NCBI RefSeq assembly: GCF_000018785.1
Contig: NC_010163.1
Location: 1,080,001-1,112,000 of the forward strand
DNA from: Acholeplasma laidlawii PG-8A
GTDB lineage: Bacteria; Bacillota_I; Bacilli_A; Acholeplasmatales; Acholeplasmataceae
DNA: 32,000 nt
Direction: 5' to 3'
Shown here piece after piece: positions 17,764 to 26,596 of the stretch (its first letter is position 1; every line of letters starts with the position of its first letter). The notes below the pieces were generated by a model. The model was not told the DNA's origin and made no database searches. It was given only the letters and a program-made list of their open reading frames with translations. The position numbers were made by a program, and so were the translations under genes.

Positions 17764-20583
17764 TTATGCTTGTTTTAATACAGGGGTGCTACCATCAATG
17801 ATTGTCCATACATCACTACTAAAGTTTACATAAGTTGCTGCTGCAACAAAGCTTTCAGCACTAATGATATACGTACCATCATCTGCTACACCACCAAATG
17901 ATACTAAGTTTGGAGTACCTACTGTGTCAACATTTGCAAACACATTTTCTAAAGTACCAAAGTTAGTAACTACTAGACCAACCGCTGTTGGGCCATTATC
18001 AGATACTGCTTTACCTAATACGATAATATTTTTAAGTAGTCCGTGGTTATGTTCTACAATTGCACCACCGTTTGCACCCCAAACATAAACTTCAATGTCT
18101 ACAACAACATCTTGAATTGTTCCTGAGTTATTTGCAGCGAGTGCACCAGACCATGCGTTTGCTTCAAGAAAGCCTTCAAAGTGTGTGTTTTTAACAACAC
18201 CAGTTTCTCCGATATAACCAAAGAAACCTTTATTCCATCCACCACCTGGCATATTGATACCTGAGATTTTATAACCTTGACCATCAAATACACCTGTAAA
18301 TGGAATACCTACGATTGCTTCATCTTCATTAGGTGCAATACCAACTGCAGTCCAGTCCGTTGTTAAGACAATATCATTTTTAAGTTTATATGTTTTTGAT
18401 AAAGCTTCTGGGTCAGTTTGACCAGCCAGTAGACTTAATAATTCTGCTTCTGTTTCAATATAAACTACTACTTCAGGTAATACGGTATCCTCATTAATTA
18501 ATTGAGGTACTTGACCATCTACAATTAACCAAGTTGCACTATCAAAGTTTACATAAGTTGCTGCTGCAACAAAACTTTCAGCACTAATAATGTGTGTACC
18601 ATCATCTGCTACGCCACCATTAGATACTAAGTTTGGTGTACCTACTGTATCAACATTTGCATATACATCTTCTAGTGTACCGAAGTTAGTAACAACTAGT
18701 CCAACTGCTGTAGGACCACTATCTGATACAGCTTTACCTAATACGATAATATTTTTAAGTAAACCATGGTTATGTTCTACAATCGCACCACCATTATTAC
18801 CCCAGACATATACTTCAATGTCTACAACAACATCCATAATAGTACCTGAATTATTTGCAGCGAGTGCACCTGACCATGCGTTTGCTTCAATATTACCTTC
18901 AAAGTGTGTATTTTTAACAACACCAGTTGTTCCAATGTAACCAAAGAAACCTTTATTCCATCCACCACCTGGCATACTAATACCTGAGATTTTATAGCCT
19001 TGACCATCAAATACACCTGTAAATGGAACGCCTACAACACCTTCATCTTCATTTGGTGCAATACCAATTGCTGTCCAATTAGAAGTTAAGACAATATCAT
19101 TTAATAATACAAATGTTTTACTTAAATTGTCTGGGTTTGTTTGTCCAGCAAGTAAGTTTAATAATTGTGTTTCTGTTTCAATATATACTGTATCATCTAC
19201 AATTTCAGGATTATATACACCTGTAAATGTTTTTTCAGCACTAATTTCAGTACCATCAATTGTCACTACTACTGTAAATTGGAAGTTTGCAGAAATTAAA
19301 GCTGTATCAAATGTTACTAAACCTGATTCGCTTACTGATACGCCTGCCACTGCTTCTTTAAGTGCATAAATAATAACTTCACTACCTTCTGGGTTAATGA
19401 CTTCTGCATTTATTTGTAGTTCACTTGATACTTCAACATCATGATTTAACTCAGTATTTTTAATTGTAATACCTAATTCAGGAACGATCACTGGTGGAAC
19501 GAATCCTTCATGTTTTAATAATGGATATGTTCCATTTTCAATATACCAAACATCTGCATCAAATGAAGCCCAAGTTGAAGATGTTTTCATATCTACTGTA
19601 GGTAACATATACATTGGGTTTGTTGATGGACTAAATGCTGTATAGTTAGGTGTTTCAAGTGCTTGGTAGTCACCATACACTTCAATCATTGATCCATCAT
19701 TAGCAACCACTAAACCAGCAGAACGACCTGATGTATTAGGGTTTGTTTCACTAACAACTTTACCAATACCGTAAGCATATTGGATTAAACCTCTATTAAC
19801 AGATACTAGCGAACCTGCGGATGTACCTGTTACAGTAACTCTTACATTAGATACAACATTTTCTATTAAACCTTCGTTAATACCTGCGATACCACCGGAC
19901 CATCCAGTTGCATTTACTATACCTTCAAATGTTGTATTCTTAACAATTGCAGTTGCACCAATTTGAGCAAAGAATCCTGCATTAAATAATGGTTCTTCAC
20001 TTTCAACTAATATGCCACTAATTGTAAAACCATTTCCATTAAAGATACCATTAAATGGCGTACCTGGAATGATTTGTCCAGAATCAGTTTCAACTTCAGC
20101 AATACCAATTGGTGTCCATGGAGCTGTTAGTTCAATATCATTCATTAATACATAAGATAATGATAAACCACCTTCATTTGTATGAATTGCACGTAGTTCT
20201 TCTTCTGTTCTAATTTCAACAACTTCAACACCAACATTTACAACTGTAAACTCTAGTGTTGCACGAATTGTTGGATCATATACAGATGTTGCTACGACTG
20301 TAAATTTCATACCATCTTCAACAGCATTACCAACATTTAACTTATTACCAGTAATGGATACACCGGATACAATACCTTGGATACTAAATCTAATTTGTTG
20401 ATTAGATCCTTCAGGTAATGCTTTTGCAACTAGTGTATGTTCACCTGGTGCTACAGTCGTTGAAGTCATATTAAATTCGATAGATTCAACATCTGGCACT
20501 GTAGTTGGTGGTTCTTCACTTGGGGTACAAGCGACTAACACAAGTGATAACACCAATAACATCATTGTAATTATCTTTTTCAT
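17764..20583 (-). CDS. Large surface lipoprotein with Ig-like (BIG) and repeated GLUG-like beta-helix modules
   Basis: Lipobox LVLVACTP; three modules of about 240 aa with FTGVFDGQGYKISGI...GWNKGFFGYIG...GVVKNTHFEG...GGAIVEHNHGLLKNIIVLGKAVS. Confidence 0.8.
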   Translation of the reverse strand: MKKIITMMLLVLSLVLVACTPSEEPPTTVPDVESIEFNMTSTTVAPGEHTLVAKALPEGSNQQIRFSIQGIVSGVSITGNKLNVGNAVEDGMKFTVVATSVYDPTIRATLEFTVVNVGVEVVEIRTEEELRAIHTNEGGLSLSYVLMNDIELTAPWTPIGIAEVETDSGQIIPGTPFNGIFNGNGFTISGILVESEEPLFNAGFFAQIGATAIVKNTTFEGIVNATGWSGGIAGINEGLIENVVSNVRVTVTGTSAGSLVSVNRGLIQYAYGIGKVVSETNPNTSGRSAGLVVANDGSMIEVYGDYQALETPNYTAFSPSTNPMYMLPTVDMKTSSTWASFDADVWYIENGTYPLLKHEGFVPPVIVPELGITIKNTELNHDVEVSSELQINAEVINPEGSEVIIYALKEAVAGVSVSESGLVTFDTALISANFQFTVVVTIDGTEISAEKTFTGVYNPEIVDDTVYIETETQLLNLLAGQTNPDNLSKTFVLLNDIVLTSNWTAIGIAPNEDEGVVGVPFTGVFDGQGYKISGISMPGGGWNKGFFGYIGTTGVVKNTHFEGNIEANAWSGALAANNSGTIMDVVVDIEVYVWGNNGGAIVEHNHGLLKNIIVLGKAVSDSGPTAVGLVVTNFGTLEDVYANVDTVGTPNLVSNGGVADDGTHIISAESFVAAATYVNFDSATWLIVDGQVPQLINEDTVLPEVVVYIETEAELLSLLAGQTDPEALSKTYKLKNDIVLTTDWTAVGIAPNEDEAIVGIPFTGVFDGQGYKISGINMPGGGWNKGFFGYIGETGVVKNTHFEGFLEANAWSGALAANNSGTIQDVVVDIEVYVWGANGGAIVEHNHGLLKNIIVLGKAVSDNGPTAVGLVVTNFGTLENVFANVDTVGTPNLVSFGGVADDGTYIISAESFVAAATYVNFSSDVWTIIDGSTPVLKQA
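17822..18466. repeat. Intragenic long direct repeat, copy A
   Basis: Near-identical to 18545-19189 at an offset of 723 bp (241 codons); shares e.g. AAGTTTACATAAGTTGCTGCTGCAACAAA. Confidence 0.85.
18545..19189. repeat. Intragenic long direct repeat, copy B
   Basis: See copy A. A third, much more diverged copy is visible in the protein around 19.57-20.20 kb. Confidence 0.85.
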
Positions 20584-20636
20584 TTATTTACCCTCTTTTT
20601 TTCTGTACTTATTGAGTACAATTTAATTTTAATTTA

Positions 20637-21506
20637 TTAACCTTTTAATCCGCCGGCTACCATGTTTTCCATGATAGTGTTTCTAAATGCTATAAAAATT
20701 GCTAAGATTGGTACAATCGAGATAATCATAGTTGCAAACATTTCTGCGTATGCACCAGTTGAAACCATTGTTTGTGTTAAGTATCTAATACCTACTGCAA
20801 GTGTTGGATAGTTCTTTAGGTATATGGATGGTGTAATATAATCATTCCAAATACCAATACCATAAATAATAGCAAGAGATATCATAATCGGCTTGGCCAT
20901 TGGTAACATAATTCTTAAAAACACTTGAAAATCAGAAGCACCATCTACAAATGCAGCTTCTGCATATGTAGGGCTTATGTTTTTAAAATACCCATGCATA
21001 ATAAAGAATGTAAACCCAAATGAACCAGAATATAATATTAAAATCCCGAAAATAGAATTATATAAACCTAAGTTTTGCATCAATCTAAACTGTGCAGGCA
21101 GTGTACCTACAATCGGCATAATAAGCGTAAAGAGCGCTACACTATATAACAAATTACGTCCTTTAAATTTATAACGAGCAATGACATATGCTGCCATCGT
21201 AGATAATAACGTGTTAATTACAGTAGCTGCAAGTGTGATACCTACACTTAATAAAAACATATGCGTAATATTAAATGTACCTGCAGAAGTTTGCATGTTA
21301 TAACCTAAGACACTCGTATAATTTCTAAAACTAAAACTTTGTGGTAATGCCCAAACATTAGTAAAGAATTCTTGATTGGTTTTAAATGAGTTTACAAACA
21401 TCCAAGCAAATGGGAATATTAATGTAAATGCGTATACTGAAAATATTATAAATATGACCCAAAGTATTATTTTTGCTGGTGTTGAATAAAAGCGATGTGA
21501 TTTCAT
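20637..21506 (-). CDS. Carbohydrate ABC transporter permease (MalG/UgpE-like)
   Basis: EAAFVDGASDFQVFLRIMLPMAKPIMISLAIIYGIGIWNDYI (EAA motif), six TM-like segments. Confidence 0.93.
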   Translation of the reverse strand: MKSHRFYSTPAKIILWVIFIIFSVYAFTLIFPFAWMFVNSFKTNQEFFTNVWALPQSFSFRNYTSVLGYNMQTSAGTFNITHMFLLSVGITLAATVINTLLSTMAAYVIARYKFKGRNLLYSVALFTLIMPIVGTLPAQFRLMQNLGLYNSIFGILILYSGSFGFTFFIMHGYFKNISPTYAEAAFVDGASDFQVFLRIMLPMAKPIMISLAIIYGIGIWNDYITPSIYLKNYPTLAVGIRYLTQTMVSTGAYAEMFATMIISIVPILAIFIAFRNTIMENMVAGGLKG

Positions 21507-22450
21507 TAGTATTCAACCTCCGTAAAGAATCTATTTAATGTCTTTCTAGTAAGTAATATTATCGGTAACCCAAATAAGGATAATACAATACCAAATGTCG
21601 CCATATATGCAATGTTTTGATTTTGAAGAACTGAGTTATATATTGCTAAGGCAATCGTATTTGTATCACCACTTGTTGGTGTTAAGAATAACGGTTGTAA
21701 GAGTGCAGTAAATACTGATGTCATACCTAGAATAAAGGTTGTTACAATGGTTGGCCAGATAAGCGGTATTACAACTGTTGTAAACTCTTTAAAAAATCCA
21801 ATACCTTCTAATTGACCGTATTCCATTAATTCTTCTGGAATACGTGCAATCGCACCAGTCATTAGGATAATATTAAATCCTAAACCTACCCATACGCCAT
21901 ATACAAAGATCATAATTTGATTAGTAGGATAACTACCAAACCAAGATGGTACTACAACATTTGAATCAAACATACCAAAGAACCATTTATATATATCATT
22001 AACAGGTCCAAGGTTTGAATCAAATGTAAATGAGAATGCCATCGTCATTACTACAATAGGTAGAATGGAAGGTAGGAAGTATACAACTCTGAAGAACCCT
22101 GAAAATGGTAACTTCTTAAATAAGAAGTAAGAAAATGCCATCGATAAAGGTAATATAATTAAACTATTAACTGGCATATAGAAAAGCGAGTTTATAATAG
22201 TTCTTCTTGTCCATGGATCATTGATTACGCGGTCAAAAAACATAATGTAGTTATCAAATCCACTATAGATATACTTACCCTCAGTCCAAGAGAATTTTTG
22301 GAATGTCAAAACAATAGTATCGATGTTAACATACCCAAAGAACAGTAGAAACTGTAATACAGGGTATGCTAACATAAGCGTAATAAAAATGCGTTGTTTA
22401 GTCTTTTTCTTAAATATTCTCTTTTTCTTTATTTCGATACTTTTTTCCAC
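21506..22450 (-). CDS. Carbohydrate ABC transporter permease (MalF/UgpA-like)
   Basis: Multi-TM; EELMEYGQLEGIGFFKEFTTVVIPLIWPTIVTTFILGMTSVFTALLQPLFLTPT. Overlaps the neighbour by 1 nt. Confidence 0.93.
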   Translation of the reverse strand: MEKSIEIKKKRIFKKKTKQRIFITLMLAYPVLQFLLFFGYVNIDTIVLTFQKFSWTEGKYIYSGFDNYIMFFDRVINDPWTRRTIINSLFYMPVNSLIILPLSMAFSYFLFKKLPFSGFFRVVYFLPSILPIVVMTMAFSFTFDSNLGPVNDIYKWFFGMFDSNVVVPSWFGSYPTNQIMIFVYGVWVGLGFNIILMTGAIARIPEELMEYGQLEGIGFFKEFTTVVIPLIWPTIVTTFILGMTSVFTALLQPLFLTPTSGDTNTIALAIYNSVLQNQNIAYMATFGIVLSLFGLPIILLTRKTLNRFFTEVEY

Positions 22451-22455
22451 TTAGT

Positions 22456-23904
22456 TTATCCTGCTATTTCTGATTGCCATTTTGACCAGTTGGCTTTAAT
22501 GTGATCATAACTTTCTATAAAGATGTTACGAACATTATATTCATTACCTGCCGCTAACCAACCTTCTGGGTTTGTTAGATAATCACGGTTATTATAATGA
22601 TTAAATAATGTTGCATAATATTGTAGATTTTGTGGTGGCCATTCTAGTCCCACTTTACCTTCTAGTATCATGAGTGAATTACTATAAAGGTTGAATTTTT
22701 GACTGTTTTGGTTAATTTCAATAATTGATTTAGAAAACTCTGATAGGTTTGAACTATCTAATTCTACCGTGTCATAGTTCATAGCAAGTAATACACCATT
22801 AGTTTTTTCTGTGAATGTTGCAATACTTTCATCTTTTGCTAGGAAGAGTAAGAACTTCTTAGCAAGCTCTTTATTTGGGGCTTTCTTAGGGATAATAATT
22901 GAGTCACCAGCACCAACAGTGTAGTTTACTCTAATTGGGTTGCCTTCATTATCTGTTTTAGCACCTGCTACAAATGGTGCTGGCATCATACGCATTTCCA
23001 TAATATCCGGATTGATATTAGAAATCATTTCTGATTCTAACCATTGTGCATTAGGAATCATTGCTGCATAGCCATTTAAGAAGTCCATTTGAGCTGCCAT
23101 ATATTGTTTACCAACAGAATCCTCAACAGAATACAATGGATTTTTAGCAACCAGGTTCGTCCAAGCTTCTAAAGCCTTGTAGTGACCTTGATTGGTTTCA
23201 GGGTTAAAGATTTCACTAGATTCTGCTTTTTTATAATCATTAAAGAATTCTGTACCATTGATTTGAGCCCACCAGTCAAATACTAAGTAATCCCAGTAGT
23301 AAGTTTCTTGACTCCATACAAATGGTTTAATAGTAGCTGCATTAGGTTTTAAATCTGTTGGATCTACTTTGATTTTTGCATTATAGATAGTTTCTGATAA
23401 TGCCACTAATTCATCATAAGTTTCTGGAACTTCCCAACCGTTTTCTCTAAACATTTTAGCGTTATATACAATACCACCTACACCGTTTGTCCAAGGTAAT
23501 TTATAGTACTTACCACCAAACTTAGCTGTTTGAAGTAAACTTTGGTCTACTTTATCTTTTAATAAGACACCATCTTCTACTTCTTGTTCCATTAGATCAT
23601 CTAGTGGTTCAATATGTCCTTGAACCGCTAAAAACTCCCAGTTAATACCGTGGGAAAAGAAAATGTCATCGTTTGAACCGTTTTGTAATCTGTTAGGAAT
23701 ATCAGATGCTAAATCTGGATTTGCCTCTACTGTTACAGTTACACCTGGGTTCTCTGCTTCAAATTGTCTAGCTAGTGTATTGATCCATACTTGACCATAA
23801 CCACCTAAATAGACAGAAATCTTCAAACTATTTGGATCACTTGTTGTACATGACGCTAATATAAGTGCGCTTAATGCAATCAGTGACAGAAATATCTTTT
23901 TCAT
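22456..23904 (-). CDS. Sugar ABC transporter substrate-binding lipoprotein
   Basis: Lipobox LSALILASC; extracellular solute-binding protein family 1 features (VYLGGYGQVWINTLARQFEAENPGVTVTVEAN; YKLPWTNGVGGIVYNAKMFRENGWEVPETYDELVAL). Confidence 0.92.
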   Translation of the reverse strand: MKKIFLSLIALSALILASCTTSDPNSLKISVYLGGYGQVWINTLARQFEAENPGVTVTVEANPDLASDIPNRLQNGSNDDIFFSHGINWEFLAVQGHIEPLDDLMEQEVEDGVLLKDKVDQSLLQTAKFGGKYYKLPWTNGVGGIVYNAKMFRENGWEVPETYDELVALSETIYNAKIKVDPTDLKPNAATIKPFVWSQETYYWDYLVFDWWAQINGTEFFNDYKKAESSEIFNPETNQGHYKALEAWTNLVAKNPLYSVEDSVGKQYMAAQMDFLNGYAAMIPNAQWLESEMISNINPDIMEMRMMPAPFVAGAKTDNEGNPIRVNYTVGAGDSIIIPKKAPNKELAKKFLLFLAKDESIATFTEKTNGVLLAMNYDTVELDSSNLSEFSKSIIEINQNSQKFNLYSNSLMILEGKVGLEWPPQNLQYYATLFNHYNNRDYLTNPEGWLAAGNEYNVRNIFIESYDHIKANWSKWQSEIAG

Positions 23905-23946
23905 ATTACTTACCTCTCATAAGTCAATTTAGTTTACTTTAACATT

Positions 23947-23975
23947 AGTATATCACATGATGAAATCGTTTACAA
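23947..23975 (-). promoter_or_regulatory. Promoter of the beta-glucan operon: TTGTAA -17 bp- TATACT
   Basis: -10 at 23947-23952, -35 at 23970-23975 on the reverse strand. Confidence 0.65.
23961..23974. promoter_or_regulatory. cre-type (CcpA/LacI-family) operator TGAAATCGTTTACA
   Basis: Matches the TGWAANCGNTNWCA consensus at all positions and overlaps the -35 box. Confidence 0.6.
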
Positions 23976-24060
23976 GTAAATTTAATTAAAAAAATAGTTA
24001 TTTTAGGTTACTTATTCATTTTGATGTGATTATGGTGTAAAACCGTTACCATAAATTAAA

Positions 24061-24087
24061 AAGACAACCCTTGTCTCGGGTTGTCTT
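24061..24087 (-). terminator. Terminator downstream of the UvrD-like gene
   Basis: AAGACAACCC-ttgtctc-GGGTTGTCTT, followed on the minus strand by TTTTTAATTT. Confidence 0.75.
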
Positions 24088-24152
24088 CTCTTCTTATCTT
24101 ATTTATTTAATTGTTACGTGTCACATAGTTTAAAACTTATTTTGTATTATAC

Positions 24153-26294
24153 TTAAGCTATTTTAGCATCTATTAAACTTAAGTGTTTATCATTTAGATT
24201 TAGTGCATGATAAAGTTTTATCACAGCAACATAATACCTGATTTTATCTCTGTTTGTTAAACCTTGGTAGATTTCAATGTTTTTCTTGGCTTGATCTTTT
24301 TCGTTTTTAGATACAGACTTTTCATAGTCATGTTTATGGTGTGTTGCAGATAAATATCTATAGATATCATGAACACTCTTAAACTCAGAGATGGTAAAGG
24401 ATTTATCTAATAACTTTTGGTTTATGAGATAATCATAGTCCCTATCCATATTAAACCCACCTGCAGAACCACCTGATAAATAACCTGCAATCCGGTTTCT
24501 TTTTTCATTAAATGCCACATCTAATGTCACCTTTAATGTATGTTGGATAAAGTATCTAAATGCTTGCATATAGATATCTATATTAGGGTTTGTCTCTTTA
24601 CCATTTAATATTTTATCAAAGTTAATGATAAGCTCTATGAGATAAGTAAGCTCATTATATAGTTTAGGGTATGCCTTATACTTAATTTTTACTTCTTCAA
24701 AGATATGATGTTGTTCCATTCTTAAATAAGTATTTGTAGGTATATAAATAATATCTTTATAGATGGACTTTTTAACACTAATTTTAATCCAGTTTTCTTT
24801 TATTTTCTTGAGTTCTTCTAATACTTCATGGTTACTATTTTTTAGATCATAAAGATAGACTAAATCTCTTGCAGTAAATAAGAGGTTATATACAATCTTT
24901 CTTGATTGTTCTAATTGATTAGTTAATAGACTTGTTAGATCTTTAATGAAGACATATTTAAAATCTAGACCCTTAGTTTCTTCTAGTGTGAGCACATTCA
25001 CACTAGAAGGCTCTACTTGGTAAACCTTCATATAACTTTTAGTTTGTAGGAATATAATAAAGTTTTTAATTGAAATATCTTTGGATATCTTCTGATAAAG
25101 ACTAATTAGTCTCATATAAGATGCCTTAGTTTGTTTATCTAAACCTAATTCATCCATCGTACGTAGCATGAAGGTTAAAAAGTTTGTTTTATCGATTAAA
25201 GGATCTTCTGCATAGTTAGATAGTCCATCCACTAATCTATCACAATCTATCATTTCTTCTTTATCTATATAATTTAATAAACCCTCTTTTTCTAGTCTTT
25301 TAATCATTGATGGTTTATCTTCATTTGATACAATCACTGCAATATCAAAAAGTTCTGTTTCAATCTCATCTTCATTTAGTTGTTTGATGGTACTTATCAT
25401 TTCTTTATAGATTTCTTCTTCACTTGAAAGTATATTTAGATTTGGTTTAAAGTGATCTTGTCTCATATATTTGATTTCTGGAATTAAGCGAGACGTATTC
25501 TTTTCAATCATACTAGCAAACCTTAATATAGATAGATTTGTCTTGTAGTTATCAACTAATACTTTTCTTTCAAAGTTCTTATCTAAATACACATCATATA
25601 AATAAGTAGACTTAATATCTATATCTTCCATTAATTGATCATCATTACCCAAAACATAAATGTTTTGGGTATTGTCAAATAACTTAAAGACAAACGCCTT
25701 ATTACCACCATAGATATCTTGTGCATTATCAATAAAGATATGGCTATACATATTATGATACTTATTTTGAAGTTCCTTATCTTCAGAAAAGAGTTTGAAT
25801 GCATAACTTACAAAATCTTCATTTAAAGAAACTTTATGTGTCTTTAAATAACTTTCATAGATATCATCTATTTTATTCTTATAATTCATAAAAATACTTG
25901 GTTTAATCTGATATGCTTCATACTGTTTCTTAGTAATCATAACCTCTTTAGTGATATCATCTTTAATCTTATCTAGTACTTCTTTGCTTAAAAACTTTTT
26001 ATTATAACCTTCATAGTCTAAAATAACCTTTAAAGCAAACATTTCCAGTGTAAAAATGGATATGTTTGAAATATCTAAAAGTTCATCTAATTTATTCATG
26101 ATATTATACATATCATTTACTGTTGTTGTAAGTATAAGTATATGTTTAGGATTTAATTTAATTTGTTTCACTAAGTAGTCTATACGTTCTACTAAAACGT
26201 GTGTCTTACCAGTACCAGCACTTCCAATTAATAAAAAATATGGTGCATCTGTTTTAATTGCGTACCTTTGATCTTCTGTGTAGTTATAATTCAT
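24153..26294 (-). CDS. Divergent UvrD/Rep-like SF1 helicase-family protein
   Basis: Motif I LLIGSAGTGKTHVLVERIDYL; motif II-like HIFIDNAQDIYG; motif III-like VYVLGNDDQ; motif V-like VLTLEETKGLDFKYVFI; motif VI-like LLFTARD. Confidence 0.75.
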   Translation of the reverse strand: MNYNYTEDQRYAIKTDAPYFLLIGSAGTGKTHVLVERIDYLVKQIKLNPKHILILTTTVNDMYNIMNKLDELLDISNISIFTLEMFALKVILDYEGYNKKFLSKEVLDKIKDDITKEVMITKKQYEAYQIKPSIFMNYKNKIDDIYESYLKTHKVSLNEDFVSYAFKLFSEDKELQNKYHNMYSHIFIDNAQDIYGGNKAFVFKLFDNTQNIYVLGNDDQLMEDIDIKSTYLYDVYLDKNFERKVLVDNYKTNLSILRFASMIEKNTSRLIPEIKYMRQDHFKPNLNILSSEEEIYKEMISTIKQLNEDEIETELFDIAVIVSNEDKPSMIKRLEKEGLLNYIDKEEMIDCDRLVDGLSNYAEDPLIDKTNFLTFMLRTMDELGLDKQTKASYMRLISLYQKISKDISIKNFIIFLQTKSYMKVYQVEPSSVNVLTLEETKGLDFKYVFIKDLTSLLTNQLEQSRKIVYNLLFTARDLVYLYDLKNSNHEVLEELKKIKENWIKISVKKSIYKDIIYIPTNTYLRMEQHHIFEEVKIKYKAYPKLYNELTYLIELIINFDKILNGKETNPNIDIYMQAFRYFIQHTLKVTLDVAFNEKRNRIAGYLSGGSAGGFNMDRDYDYLINQKLLDKSFTISEFKSVHDIYRYLSATHHKHDYEKSVSKNEKDQAKKNIEIYQGLTNRDKIRYYVAVIKLYHALNLNDKHLSLIDAKIA

Positions 26295-26529
26295 AGAAAT
26301 TCCCCTAACTTCTATTGTTGTGTCATAGTAGTATTATATCATGTTCCATATGGCATCAACCTTTATCAAAAGATGATATTTTTTTCTTTTGATATTCTGA
26401 AAAAACAACAAGAGCGTATATTCTAGTAACTTTTTCTCTTGTTTTATGGATGACTAAAGTATCTTAATTTATCAAATTTATTCACTTAAACATATTGCCT
26501 TAACCATATTTAATTTTGATTTATACAAT

Positions 26530-26558
26530 TTGATTAATCAAGTGTTTTATGGTAGAAT
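26530..26558 (+). promoter_or_regulatory. Promoter TTGATT -17 bp- TAGAAT with 12-bp palindrome TTGATTAATCAA over the -35
   Basis: Upstream of the sce7726-like gene. Palindrome at 26530-26541. Confidence 0.5.
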
Positions 26559-26596
26559 CAATACATTAATAATCGCTAAAAGGAGTTAAAGATATC

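Noticed and set aside
17764-19200. Long direct repeats considered as CRISPR or a mobile element
   Set aside because: The repeats are in-frame protein modules of 241 codons, with no spacer/repeat architecture and no transposase.
17450-19369. Plus-strand ORFs such as 17864-18088 and 18590-18940
   Set aside because: They are the antisense reading of the repetitive lipoprotein gene; their similarity to each other only reflects the 723-bp repeat.
26409-26443. ACAAGAG...CTCTTGT inverted repeat upstream of the UvrD-like gene
   Set aside because: Short stem with a 21-nt loop; plausible by chance in this AT-rich DNA.
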